NCBI RefSeq assembly: GCF_964204645.1
Contig: NC_134029.1
Span: 4,216,001 to 4,280,000 of the forward strand
Source: Tubulanus polymorphus
Lineage: Eukaryota > Animalia > Nemertea
DNA length: 64,000 nt
Reading direction: 5' to 3'
The position numbers and the translations under genes were made by a program. The notes beneath the pieces were generated by a model that saw only the letters and a list, made by a program, of their open reading frames with translations, searched no databases and was not told the origin of the DNA. This document shows, piece by piece, positions 12,501-25,300 of the stretch. The stretch's first letter is position 1, and each line of letters begins with the position of its first letter.

Positions 12501-15500
12501 CAAATAACTATTCATCGAAAACAGTTCATCGGAAAATCTATAAATGGAAATTGCCGAAAAGGATGTTGCATACCTTTCACCATCAGAGCGCAATGAACAC
12601 AGATTAGAACTTAGTAATTCTGGTACCATATCAATCCTCTAGAAATAATAAGTAAATTAGTGGATTTCAGGCAAATATCAATTGATAATTGATAGAGAAA
12701 TACTGAATTTAGTGAAAATACCTTATCACATAGATATACAGTAGTTCCCCGACTCGCAGCTTCTTGATCTAATGCATTACCAGGTCGAATAAAATGAGAC
12801 ACATCTGCTATATGTACACCAACCTGTAACATGAAATCAGCAGATAGTCAAACCCTAAAATACAGTCACTCCGCCTAACATCAGGTTTTTTCTGAGAACG
12901 GAACATTCGTATTTTGCCTTGGAACTACGTAGTCAAAAACTCCTGATATACAGCCATAATCCTAAATCACTGCTGTAGGCGGTATAGTGAGGGCTGACTA
13001 AATTTTATTCATGAAAATGAATTGTTAAAATTGTGATCTGTCCTCAGTGAATCATTGTTACCTCATAATTTCCATTTTCTAATACACGACAGTGAAGAGC
13101 GTCATCGATATCAGTACAACCTGGTGGATCTACGCTACATATTACTACATCACGCAAATCAACTCTACTTTCATAATCCTAGAATATAATCGCGGCAAAT
13201 ATAATCTATTCATAGTCATCTTCTTCACTAACGAAGACGACCGAATTGAGTTAGTGTTACCTCGGGAGTGATAGTCCACGGTAGTTTAGGTAGGAAACTC
13301 TTCACAGCTGTGGAAAACGATGAATGAGGAATGTCGTGTTCTAACAAAAGAACTTCATTCTCGGTATCTTTGTCACCAATATCACCGAGTTTACGCACAA
13401 AATGACCCTAAACGGTGATAAATTCACATTTGAGAAAAATTTTAGGGAAAATGGTTCTTACAGATCAGATAATATAAAATTCCCTGATATTTTTCCAGAC
13501 CCTTGGCCAAAAATTCCATGATTGAATAATAAGATATCCTCAAAAAACAAAAAAATTCATTGAATTCCCTGATTCTGTAAGAACCCTGTAAAGTGTTTCT
13601 TTTTTTTTAAAGGAACAGCCAGAGAATGTGGAATCATTTCTGGATTTAGAATAGAATGTTTACCTGTGGATATCTAGAAGTTCGCGGCCACGCGTCGATA
13701 GAAACAACAATGCGTTGACCCGTCAATAAAGCCGCCTGTTTAGTTTGAATCCGGATTTTCGGAATTTTACGTTCGGCCGGCACAAATATGTGAAATGTTG
13801 CCTGAAAAATTCATTTCGAAAATGAAGATGACACTTTTTGAGTTTGAATCACCGCAAATATTTAAGGATTTCTACCTCACTGATGGCAGACGGTTGCAGT
13901 ATACCACAGTATTGTCTCCACTTGCGTTTAATGATTCCAACGACTCGACCTGATTTTTGACGATTGCTTTTCGGTACTTTCTTCTGCAATGCTTTGTCCT
14001 GTAAGTGAAATACATCTTTATGACACCTGCTTCGTTAAAACATTACTTCAAAAGTCTGAACAATCGCAAACCTTTTCTTCGATGTCGTTAACTTCTTCGA
14101 CATTCTCATCTTCCAAAACCATCGAAGACGGACAACTCCATTCTGATTCGGGTAATATTTCGATAGCAACGATATCATCCTGTACTCCGCGATTCAGATT
14201 CATAGCACCTTGAATAAACACCTGTAGCGAAGAAATAATGATAATAACTTCTTGGTCATAAATGCTTCACAAAATCCAAAACAGATTCATGAATGTAGCG
14301 CAGAACTGCGTTCTCCTCAGAGCTGGGTTCTGACAGATCAGGGAATCAAAAATTCCTTGATTTCCCTGACCATTGACCAAAATTTCCATGATTGTCTATT
14401 TTAAGCTGTCTTCAATGGCGGCTTTTTCCTCTCAAGAGGTTCACTGTGCCACTAGTCACCAGCAATAAAGATCTGACACCAAAAATTCGAATTCTCTTGA
14501 CTTTTCCCTGATTTTCCTGTGATCTGTAAGAACCCTGTCAGATGTTCGATTCTAATCTTACCCAATCAGTTTCGCCGCCATCACCGTCAATAGCGACGGA
14601 TGCTTCGAGGTAATTTTCGCGACTCGCGTGAAATGTTCCTTGTCTGTATTTACCAGCTTTAACCCCGCGCTGCACTGCGGCTAAGTTCAGGTGTTCCGGG
14701 TATTGAATTCTATCTTTAAACGACTGAAACAAATCCAGATTTTAGCGATAATGAGATGAATAACTGAATCTATTGCACTAATACTGTACCCACTCTAATC
14801 ATTAAGTTACAAGACATTCTCTGTTGAATAAGTATAATTATCCTATTGCATATCCGTGTATTGAAAAAGGTCATCGCAACATCGTTGTTGTCACGGTAAA
14901 TACACAACCTAAAATCATGTTTCTATGGTAATGCTTTAACAACAGTTACTATAGATTCAATACTTACCACTTTATCTCCAATATTAGCCAGTCTGTCCTG
15001 CAGTTCTTCGCAACCTACTAAACCGGCGACATACTCTTCAACTGGAAAACAAGCCGAATTAATTTAAAATCTGAAATCTTTCCCGGAACAGCGCACAAAA
15101 TTACAGAAGTAGGCTGTAAAAGTGAAGTTGACATATTTGATGAGAAGTCAGTTTTAAAACGAAAATACATTTATGGTTGCAAATTTCATAACTGTATCAG
15201 CACTTAGACAATAACGAAAAATCTTTATTCTCAAATTCACTTTCAAATTTTCCGATTGATTATATTTACCCGTGAAACTAATCAGCCCATCTTTAATAGC
15301 TTTCTCTTTGTTATCTCTATCATTGGTCAGTAGCACGATAGAAGGTGGTTTATCTGAACTCGTATATAAATGCGATTGATACCAAGTCGCTGCTACTCTG
15401 ATTGCTCTATCATTGCGATCATTAGCTGATTCACCGCGCTGTCGCTCTATGTATGTATCCCTAGTGATTAAAATGAAACATGATCGTTTCCATAGACAAG

Positions 15501-17029
15501 TGATCGTCTCATTCAATTGAAGAAAAGATCCACAATACAGAGTTAAACTAATAGAGTATAGGCCTGGCTATTAATGCTATGAGCCATCTTCAAAACAGAT
15601 TTATTGATTAATTATTTGACAGAATTTACAGATTAATCTGAATTGAAAATGGCCGCAATAGCATATTAGAGTTTAGAAATATCAAAATACTCCATCTTTT
15701 TGGTTCGATTATACAGGCTTTTTTCTAGACGATTGCATGAATCAAATGTATGGTTTTGGGTAATTGCGGGAAAATTGTATTTCACACTTACTTGTGGTGT
15801 TCATTTACGAATGGATAGAAATGTCTATCAGGATTATCCATGATGTCCTTCAGACGTTTGTAAATAGCTCCACTTCTGTGACGAACCTAAAATTAGATAA
15901 ATGTCAGTATAGATGATCAATTCCCCAGTTTTTAACGATTTCAAGGCAAAAATTCTCTAATAAAATCCCACAATAGGAATAAAATAAGGGTCCAAAGTAG
16001 TTCTTTGAGTGTGTAGTTAACATTTCAAAAAGTTTTAACTATATCCCAAAAATCAGGCTATAAGGACATGGTTGAATGAATTACAAGTTCCGGGCCAAGA
16101 ACAAATCAAAAGTTTAGGGACAACCAGACTATTTCCTATACTAAGCGGGGGAATTTCATGCTAATGTCAGAACACAAAGCGTTTCATAGTATCCCTAATT
16201 TAGAAAAAAAATCAGCTCATGACCAAATTTAAAACAAACCTCTTCAATAACTGTCTGCAGCATAATGACATTGGTAAAAATTGCATCTTCAAGTGCGTCA
16301 ATCTGAAAAGAGTTATTTACAACAACGCTGTGGCTACTAGTACGGACCCGTACGGATTACTCTGGAGGCTATTCGTACGGAACTAGGATCTGTACGCTAA
16401 TAACTGTCGCTGATTGGCTGATTAACGCTGGTCATGCGTACAGAGGTGCGCGACTTAAAAATTCAAGGAAAGTGTGGAGAATAGAGTTAGAGAAAAATAT
16501 AGCGGATCCAGCGAGACTCGAACCCGGGCCAGTAAATTACTAGCGCAGCATCATACCACTAGACCACCGAGCTCGCTGACAATCAGTCGAACTTTTTAAC
16601 TACATAGGCCTATAGCCTCACCTTACCCTAACCCTATCCCTTCCCGTACGAACATTCCAGAGTAATACATACGAATAGCCTACGGAATTATTCGTACGGG
16701 TGCGTATGAATAGCCACTTCGTTACAACAAATGAAACCAACACAAATTATCAAGATCTATAAGAACTAAAGAGAAAAAATTAAAAAACGCACTTGATGTA
16801 ATACGACATTAGTATCAGGAATCAAATAATGAGGATCATCAATCAGTTTCGTTTTTCGCTGCGGTGCCGCTTGTAAACTGCAATTATCATGCGAGCAGTC
16901 GGAACACACACTCGAACTGCACCAAATATCATCTCTCAAATAATGTTCCCGAACGATTTTCAAAATTCCGCCCTTTCTCGTTTTCTTCACGAACACCTTC
17001 GATCTCAGCATCGACGCGTTGTCGGCCAT
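9564..17029 (-). CDS. DIS3: Exosome complex exonuclease DIS3/RRP44 (about 22 exons)
   Basis: N-terminus [37 protein letters not shown]; PIN motif [11 protein letters not shown]; [18 protein letters not shown]; RNB catalytic [16 protein letters not shown] (~13090-13140); [15 protein letters not shown]; [14 protein letters not shown]; [19 protein letters not shown]; last exon 9638-9564 ends PNTKKLRKR*. Confidence 0.97.
9700..10024 (-). mobile_element. tRNA-derived SINE in the last DIS3 intron
   Basis: On - strand: A box tggccgagttg, B box tgttcgaaccc, central gtgtcctcgggcaagacactt...aatgggtacctgg block typical of animal SINE core domains, LINE-like tail aaagcgccattga...gaaaagggcgccatagaaattgaatta ending in short attact repeats. 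Confidence 0.8.
13452..13588. mobile_element. hAT-like MITE (CAGGGTT terminus), degenerate copy
   Basis: ggttcttacaga ... tctgtaagaaccctg inverted termini with ttccctga internal motifs; same family as 14323-14537. Confidence 0.65.
14323..14537. mobile_element. hAT-like MITE (CAGGGTT terminus)
   Basis: ctgggttctgacagatca ... tgatctgtaagaaccctg inverted termini with repeated ttccctga; related fragments at ~50575-50720 and ~51960-52100 in SMC5 introns. Confidence 0.7.
16324..16723. mobile_element. 400-bp non-autonomous element with imperfect TIRs, 5-bp flanking duplication and an internal tRNA-like sequence (DIS3 intron 1)
   Basis: Left aacgctgtggctactagtacggacccgtacggat versus reverse complement of right end aacgaagtggctattcatacgcacccgtacgaat; acaac at 16319-16323 and 16724-16728. 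Confidence 0.75.
16503..16573 (-). pseudogene. tRNA-like (Pro-like 5' half) pseudo-tRNA / SINE head
   Basis: - strand agctcggtggtctagtggtatgatgct...ggcccgggttcgagtctcg: intact A box TGGTCTAGTGG and B box GGTTCGAGTC; anticodon and acceptor stems do not pair. Confidence 0.7.
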
Positions 17030-17134
17030 TTGTCGGTTGTTTCGGTGATCGCTTTCACCATTCGGAAATTTTACCATTTCTTTCGAGTCGCCGTGCTGAA
17101 AAAAGTTTTTGGACAAAATTGTTGCGTAGAGGCT

Positions 17135-17171
17135 GTATTTCACAGCAGTCCTAAATATCGACCAAAACCGA
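17135..17171 (+). repeat. Direct repeat copy L (37 bp), in DIS3 proximal promoter
   Basis: gtatttcacagcagtcctaaatatcgaccaaaaccga matches 49497-49533 at 35/37 positions. Confidence 0.92.
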
Positions 17172-18364
17172 ACCTACGTGAAGTGAGCATGTTATTCCAG
17201 CCTCGTATTCAGATATAGTGTGTACACACTGAACAGCTGCATGTAGATACTGGTTGATGTGAAATGTATAACGGAGCGATGATGTATATATATAGTACAG
17301 CATCAGATACTGTAAATGCATGGCTAATCCTTCCCAGAATATTTCTAAATATGATGAAGTAAAAATCCGCAAACCTTTTCTATCTAATGAAAATGCCTAT
17401 GCCCTACTCTCAGATCTCAAGGAAAATTTGGCAGTGTATTTCCAGTGGACTGAAATATTAGTCTTCGAATAAATTGGTCAATCAATGCAAATAACCATAG
17501 AATAGCGATATACGATAGATGGACATTTCCATTAATACTGAATATTTTGGAATTAGGCCTATTCATTGAAAAATGATTTCGACTTATTCCAAAATTGAGT
17601 ATTTTGATAAGGCAACTCTTTCTAAGAGGCTATTCTTTTAAGTTGGGCCTGCATTGTTAAGCATGACCAGCGTGATGTTTTAGGCGAGAGGGGTTATTTT
17701 CAAAAAATTGGGACCTTAGCAAATACGCTATGGATCTTGAATTATCTAGACTCTCTACCTAAAATACAGAATTCAAAAAGTTTGGTTTTTTCCCACGATG
17801 AATTCAAAAAGTTATATTGATAACGGCTGCCTGTGGTAACTTCAAATGTCACCATACATTTCATGCACCTCAGTCGGTCTTGGGAGAGTAAAAGAGACTT
17901 TCAATATTTTTTAGGAAATAGTTGTCGGACAATCAATTTCACGGATTGGTTAAATGATCCAAAGTAAAAAGACTTGATTATCGGCGCAAGGCTGTACATA
18001 ATATCCTACTGTTTCCACAGGTTAAAGGTGTATTAGTTGAACTCGATCCCTAACTGACCAGCTTGAGTACGACCTTTGATAAGACCCGATCAGCCATCAA
18101 AAGCAAAAGCAGCGAGTGGCCGAAGGCGTCGTCACCTAGACCGAAATTTCCTTCAAATTTTCTGGCTTTATTTGATTTCTAATAATACGTAGTCAGCGGT
18201 TCAGTTCTACAGTTCTGGATCCAGTTCTACTGAGTTTTGAATCCAATTGTACCACAGTTGTATAAGCTGCTTAAAGTCTGCAACTGGTGAACAAACAGAA
18301 TCAAATTATCGGCGTAAAATCAAACAGACTTTTATTTACAGCAAATTTTCAAGACCCTCACCTT

Positions 18365-18555
18365 AGGGTGGCATGAGACAGTTGTTTCCGAATAAAAAAA
18401 AATTAGAAAATCATTAGACACATTTTTTCATCATGCCTGAAGAGGGACCAATTGTTGTTCAAATAATCATCATTTGGGTAGATTGTTGGTAGGTCCTCGA
18501 GCTGCATTTGAAACAAATCACAAATAAGCGTCTCAAGTCACCCCGATTTACGGTA
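18365..18555. mobile_element. Tc1/mariner-like transposon end / small MITE fragment
   Basis: gggtggcatgagac ... gtctcaagtcaccc imperfect inverted pair, followed by ccgatttacgg-TA terminus. Confidence 0.4.
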
Positions 18556-18737
18556 TGTTAAATTGGCCACAAAACTAAGTAGACTGGTGTGGCCCGGGCA
18601 TCGGCGCTTTCCAACGTGAAGGCACCCCTTAATAGAAAATCAACCATCGTTCCGTTTGCAGGATTCGAATCTAATGGCATTTCGGTGGCAATAAATTCAT
18701 TCTTTGACTTCTCGGCGGGAATGTCAAGTTACTTGTC

Positions 18738-18828
18738 ATTGGTCAGTATTGTGTAATATGACGTCACACCGGTGTCGGTATATAAGGCCCGGTCACGGGG
18801 TCACTCTTTCCAGTTCGGCCATTTTCCG
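18738..18828 (+). promoter_or_regulatory. Pol II core promoter and short non-coding first exon of the orphan gene
   Basis: Inverted CCAAT (attgg 18738), CRE TGACGTCA 18759-18766, TATATAAG 18779-18786, Inr-like CCAGTT with A at 18812 (31 nt after TATAA), YY1-like GCCATTT 18818-18824, donor G|GTATGC at 18829. Confidence 0.7.
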
Positions 18829-18954
18829 GTATGCTAAACTGCGTCCATTTTATTTTTTCTGTCGATGAAATGTTTCTTGATTGATTTAATATCTTGGTAT
18901 TAATTATTCTTTTATCAATATTGCAGCAGTAGCAGCAGCAGCAGCAATCAGAGA

Positions 18955-19330
18955 ACCTACAACAAGAAGAACAGTCTACAACAGAACCTTCTACAACAGA
19001 ACATTCTACAACAGAACCTTCGACAACCGTGAGAACCTTCTACAACAGAACCTTCGACAACCGTGAGAAGCTTCTACAACAGAACCTTCGACAACAGGAC
19101 CTTCGACAACCGTGAGAAGCTTCTACAACAGAACCTTCTACAACAGAACCTTCGACAACCGTGAGAACCTTCTACAACAGAACCTTCGACAACCGTGAGA
19201 AGCTTCTACAACAGAACCTTCGACAACAGGACCTTCGACAACCGTGAGAAGCTTCTACAACAGAACCTTCTACAACAGTACCTTCGACAACCGTGAGAAC
19301 CTTCTACGGAACCTACAACAACGTCGACAA
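18955..19330 (+). repeat. Minisatellite of 15-bp/19-bp subunits (agaaccttctacaac, agaaccttcgacaaccgtg) in the predicted 5' UTR
   Basis: About 20 subunits with higher-order repetition; no ATG between acceptor 18926 and ATG 19355. Confidence 0.9.
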
Positions 19331-19354
19331 CTAACTACAAAAACTACAACAATC

Positions 19355-22300
19355 ATGTCATGTAACTTTTTATTCGACGTGCTGAAATCCGTACAGGTCG
19401 AGGTGCTGAAAAATGGCGGGGCACTCGACCTGTTCCTCAATTTAAGTAAGTTTTTACTCATTACCTTATCTCAATTAGTATGCCTCAAATATCTCAATTA
19501 CTTATCTTGGTTATCTCAAATCCACAACATATCTAGCACAAATCTCTGAAATTTAATTTAAATAGTTCTCGAATCCGAAATCTTAAACTAGAATATCTAA
19601 ACTGCTAAACACTTATCCAATTCTATTCAGATAATTTTTTTATTCATTTGAATACCTCAGTCACTTTGAAAGTTTAATTATTTCAACTCTTAATCTCAAA
19701 AGTGATCACAAAAATATCGACGTTTCAATATCTCAAATATATTTTTTTTTTCAATTTTACTGATCTTAAATATTTCATTCTAGGTAGAATCTCAATTATT
19801 CTATTGAAAAGTTAAAAAACATAGAAACATTCAATAAGGAAAGACAATTATTTCTATATCTGCATTGAAACAGTAAATTAACTGCAGTAATAACGATAAA
19901 ACTATCCTTGATGTCTCGACATAGAATTTCCTTTCCGTCTCTCGACACAAATATTCACGGAACAAAATTGAATTGAATTTAATAGAATGTGACTCTGATG
20001 GATGGGATTTATTATAATGATGTAAAAACCTATTTCCGGGTCCAAATTTGACGTGCCGTTTGTAAGGAATTTCCATCATGTATCATTGATGCTGTTTAAT
20101 TCCTTTCAGAAAACAGCAAATAAACAGTTTGAAACTGTTTAATTGATTATAGGCCTCAGTCATCATTGACATCATTAGCTTGGACGCCACGGGTGGTGGG
20201 CGAGTCCTCCCTCCGTCCGGTCCAGACCGTATCAGGGCCTGGGCGCTGGCGCTGGGGCTGGCTCTGGCATATGCACCACCCACACGGCCTACATACAAAT
20301 AACTATTAAAAAGGCCTCCTATGTGAAGTTTGAATTTGAAACTCATCATTGCGAGTCAGGCCGAAATGTTTGATTGTTGAATTTGAAACTCATATTGCAA
20401 GTTAGAAAAGGTTTCTATTTTGTTGAAAGAATTATTTTCAATTAGGCCTAAAAAGCTACGGTAGGTACGGGACCCAAATATTTATCCATTCATAAGCCTA
20501 GCAACCCCAGCCTAGTGTTTTTCCAGCCTATGAGCGTTTTTTCCTGCGGGGAAATAGCTGTCATTATATTGACAGTGTCAGTGAATTATTCCGGTGATGG
20601 ATTCAGTATTCGAGGGGTAAGTAGTGATTTATTTGAAATATCTCATTAATATCGGTATATGTGAAATAGGCCTAGATTCCAATTATTATTCATTATTCAC
20701 TGTTTAATGATGTTTTGTTTTATGATTGAATGAAAATGTATTTGATATTTTGTAGTAAATGGATTTTATTGATTTATATGAAGTCACCTGGTTGTGGGAG
20801 AAAGTTTGAATAATTGCGCAACTTACAATAACAATGTACTAAATGTAAGTATAATCGATCCCTCATTTATTCATTATTTAATGATTTATATTGGTTTTTT
20901 ATGACGACGTAGATGAAAATGTGTTTATTATATTTAGAATGAATTTGTTGAATTGAAGCCGGCTATGAATTGGTTATGCAACGTCGCAGCACCGCTTCTG
21001 AGTTCAGCACCTGATACTAGGCTACCCAGTAGTGAGATTGGCCGCCTTCTTCATTACTACAAATTAAGTACTATCAACCCACATCAACCCAGTTGCAGTG
21101 TATAATCATCCCAGTACTAGTGATACCAGTGTATCAAGCCAGCACCCAGTACCAGTGATACCAGTGCATCATCCCAGTACCAGTGATACCAGTGCATCCT
21201 CCCAGTACCAGTGTTACCAGTGCATCAAGCCAGTACCAGTGATACCAGCGCATCAAGCCAGTACCAATGATACCAGCGCATCCACGCCCAGTACTTATTA
21301 TTGTTAACTGTAGCTGTCTGGTTATTCTACAAACTGCTGATTGTTGATTGTTCGGTTTCTATTGGTTTTGGTTTCTGTGAATACTTCAATAAAATGATAA
21401 AATAAAAAACATTTTAAATAAAATGATTCATTGAGAAATCAGAATTGTCAGAATAATTTTTTTGGTTGAAATTCAATATTCAGTAAACGAATCTAAAGTA
21501 TTGGCCCTTATCAGAATTAAGATAACTGACTGGCAGCCTTTGTTGTTTCTCGGTCAAAATAAGTACATTTTGCATATTTTTTCTCGTCTTGAATTTTGGT
21601 TATACATTTATGATACCCTTTATTTCATCATCTCAAAAACATTTTTTGATCAGAAACAAAATGGCTTTCTTATGGGTATTTATGCCGCAAAAATCATTTT
21701 TAAGCCTGATGCTAGCCGTATTACAAAAAATTTGAAATTTGAAATTGCTATATTTGGGGAAGGGATATTCAATGAAACCCGCTTTCCAATGAGTTTTTAT
21801 GGGTTTTGATGGGTTAGGGGGATTATCCGTCGTCGTCTGTCCGTCCGTCTGTCGGTCTGTCCATCCGTCAACTTTTGCTTCAATTTGCTACTAGTGCTAC
21901 AGTTCTTTTCTGATCTTGACGAAACTTGGTATGTAGATACTACGGGCCAAGGGCTAAAAAGTTACAGAGCCATTTTCCCAATTTGATCTCTAGGGGGCAC
22001 TGTACGGGTGGCACTTGTAAAATCTTTAAATTGCTTCTTGTCCTACAATTATTGTCCGATGTTGACGAAACTTGGTATGTAGATACTATGGGCCAAAGGC
22101 TAAAAAGTAATAAAGCCGTTTTCTGGATTTGAACTCTTGAGAGTGCTGTGTAGGTGGTCCTTGTAAAGTCTTATCATAAAACAGCGGAGCTGTATCAGCC
22201 GATAGGCTGCTTGTATTGATGTAAATATCATCAACTACTTTCATAAACCTTAACAGGTTTCTTGATGCGTCCCTCCATTTTGAATTGTTTATTTGTATCA

Positions 22301-25300
22301 CCATTGTACAATTCTTATACATGTAAATCAAAATGGTAAATGAATTATCATGTTGTGATATTATTTTACTTGAATTGAACAGCATCGAAACTCCCATAAG
22401 GAGAACTGAAAATTATGAAAATGTTAAGCATTTTCTGTGAATAGCTAAAATCGGGTTTAAGTGAAAATGAATTTTGGTGTTTGATTTCAAGACAAATCGC
22501 TTTTTGTAAATGGTTAAAATCCGTTTCGGAGGAATACACATAAAGATGTATTCAAACATTAAAATGTATTCAAACGTAGCATTTTGTCAGAATATTGTCT
22601 TAGATTATGTCAAATATGAGCTGAACATTGTTAAATACAACTCCAGAACTACATCAGAACCACTAGTACCATATCCTCTTGATGAAGTCGTGGGAGATAA
22701 ACTTTTACCTGTGCTGCGTCTGTGTGAAGTTTTTGTGTTTATCGCCACAACTCAAAAACCTTTGAATTCTTAAATAAGCTGTGTCTGAAGGATTCGATAT
22801 TCAAGGGGTAAGTGGCTCATTTGAATAAGTTGTGAATTTATGTGAAATAGGCCTTCATTGAGGTGAAGTGACCCAGTCGCTGATCCTTCATCAATCCAGG
22901 GCTCATGGTTTCAGATCTTGGTTATTTTGAATGTGAATAAATCAGCAGTGAATTGATTGGCAATCTGTCTAACCAGGGCGAACCTGGTTTTTATTGTTAG
23001 TCGATTAAAGGTCAGAGCTAATAACCAAAGGCACTATAGTTCGGTCGTTACATATTTCAGTGTCGGCCATCTTGAAACTAGGTGCGAACTACAGCAACCG
23101 TGCTCAATCCCGCGGTCGACCGTTTCCGGACTGTAGTTCTGACTAACTGTCATTCGGTTTCAATTTGTCACCTCCTTCGAAAACGGAGGTTTGCCGGGGC
23201 AGGCAAGCTCCATTATTTATGATGTAGTTCAATTAAAAATTTATCAAAAATATAATACAATTTTCATAATACAAAATATATATAAAAATATGTACGAGAT
23301 AGATATATCTAGCGATAGAATAAATGCTGAAAATTAATTGTTATTTAGAAACACGAATGTTGACACAGAACCCCCAAATAAGGCATTGTAGTTATCAATG
23401 GATAAAAACGTTATCATAACGGTTTTTACTGCGTCAAAAAATAGGCCTAATTCCGGATGTCATTTATTATTGATTAAATCAATACAAATTGTTTTATTTG
23501 TAGAATTGGATGTAGCCAGCAGTGAATTGGTTTGATAACATGGCCGGCGCATGATATATAGATAGCTTTTGCCAATGGTGAAACGTTATATTTGTAATAT
23601 CCTCGAGAACTGATGTATTGAATATCCCGTTTGGTAACTTAAATGATAATCACGTTGAGAAATGTGATGTTTTGGTTAACAGTCAGTTCAGGCTGGTTGA
23701 ATGATTGTTCAAACGATTTGGAACCAAAGCTTTCCAATTATGTACTTCGATTAAAACAAAAAATCTAGTATATTTGCGACTATATATGTCCTTTGATTTC
23801 TGATGAAATTTGAATCAAATTCTTTGCATTGTTTTTCTACCATGAAAAAAATGTAAAAAATCTTTGAAATATGTGAAAATTGAATATGATTTACCATGTA
23901 CTGTCTATAGTCGCGTTCACACGACAACTAGTTAGACCGGTCTAAATGGGTCTGTACCTGGTCCGGTCCAAATTTAGACCCGACCAAATTTTGGTGAGCG
24001 TTCACACTGTGTTTTGACACGCGGTGATAAAATCGCTTGTCACCGGGCCCACAAGATGTAGCCATCTGCTGAATAATTAATTGCGCCTGGATGAAGTCTT
24101 GCTTCCAGATTCGAGGTTGAATTCGAGGTTTAGACATTTTTGCGAATTCGATTTTGTTCTAAGTATCATTTAAACACGGTTCAAAGCACGGCAGTAAAAC
24201 GGATGATGATCGCGATGTACGAATACGAATAAGCTCCAAACATTTCCATAGAAAAGGGAGGAAAAACAGTACATGTACTTAAAAATAATTACATAAACGG
24301 TCATAAAAGCATTTTAAACTTGATAAAATGGACTCACACTCTACTGCAGAGGTCGCGACATCTACCACAGAGATTCAGAATCACGATTTAGACCGGACCT
24401 GGTACCGTGTTTCTGTCCACACACACTTGTTTAGACTGGTCCAAAATTTGGTCCGGACCTGGTTCGCTCTTTTACACAGTGGCAAATTAGACCAGTCTGA
24501 ACTAGACCGGTCTAATTTGGAATGGTATTTTTGTCCGTGTGAACGCTTGGTCCGGTCTAAATTGGACCGGACCAAATTTAGACCGATCTAAATTTCGTCG
24601 TGTAAATGTGCCTTATAGTTAAGATAATAGAATATGAACAAATTAAAGTAATTATTTTGTCTTGATTATTTGTTACTGAGCATTTTCTTAAACGATATTA
24701 AGAACGGATTGAGGAAATGCATAATGGATTTTCTTGATATTTGGTTTATACTTATTTCTACCCCAGAGGCATCTGCAGTTATACCCGAACTGTATTGATA
24801 GCAATGGGCGTTATAAATGTTATGAAAATGAATTAACGATAATATCAAATTTGATAATTATGAGGAATGAAGAAGATACATTTGAAAGCTTAAACAGCAA
24901 CAATCTACAAAAAACGATGTCAGGCTGGATCATAATGAGCTGTTATGAGCTTTCTCTGGTTTTCTGTTAAATTATGATATGAGTTATTCCAAAACAAATT
25001 TATGTAGTTGTGAAACCTGAACTGTACCATAATTCCAGTTATTGGTATGAACCAATTTTACCTATGCATTCCTAAAGCTAATACCATCACCATTATTGAT
25101 GTATGTACACATACTATGACAAAACTGAAATTGCCTTCAAAGTCTTGATTTAGAAATGAATCAGATAAACTGGCAATTAATTGCATATTTGCAGTTAAGT
25201 CTACGTGGTATTAATGTGTAATATTCATGATCCTTAATAGTTTTTCTTTTCATTTCAGCTGAATCAATTGTTATTGATTCTGTCAACAGAAAAGATGAGT

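Noticed and set aside
16503-16573. Functional tRNA gene
   Set aside because: A and B boxes are present but the anticodon and acceptor stems cannot pair, and it is embedded in a repeat element.
18955-19330. CRISPR-like appearance of short repeats (also 33520-34020)
   Set aside because: Units are contiguous or irregularly spaced without constant-length unique spacers; eukaryotic context and no cas genes.
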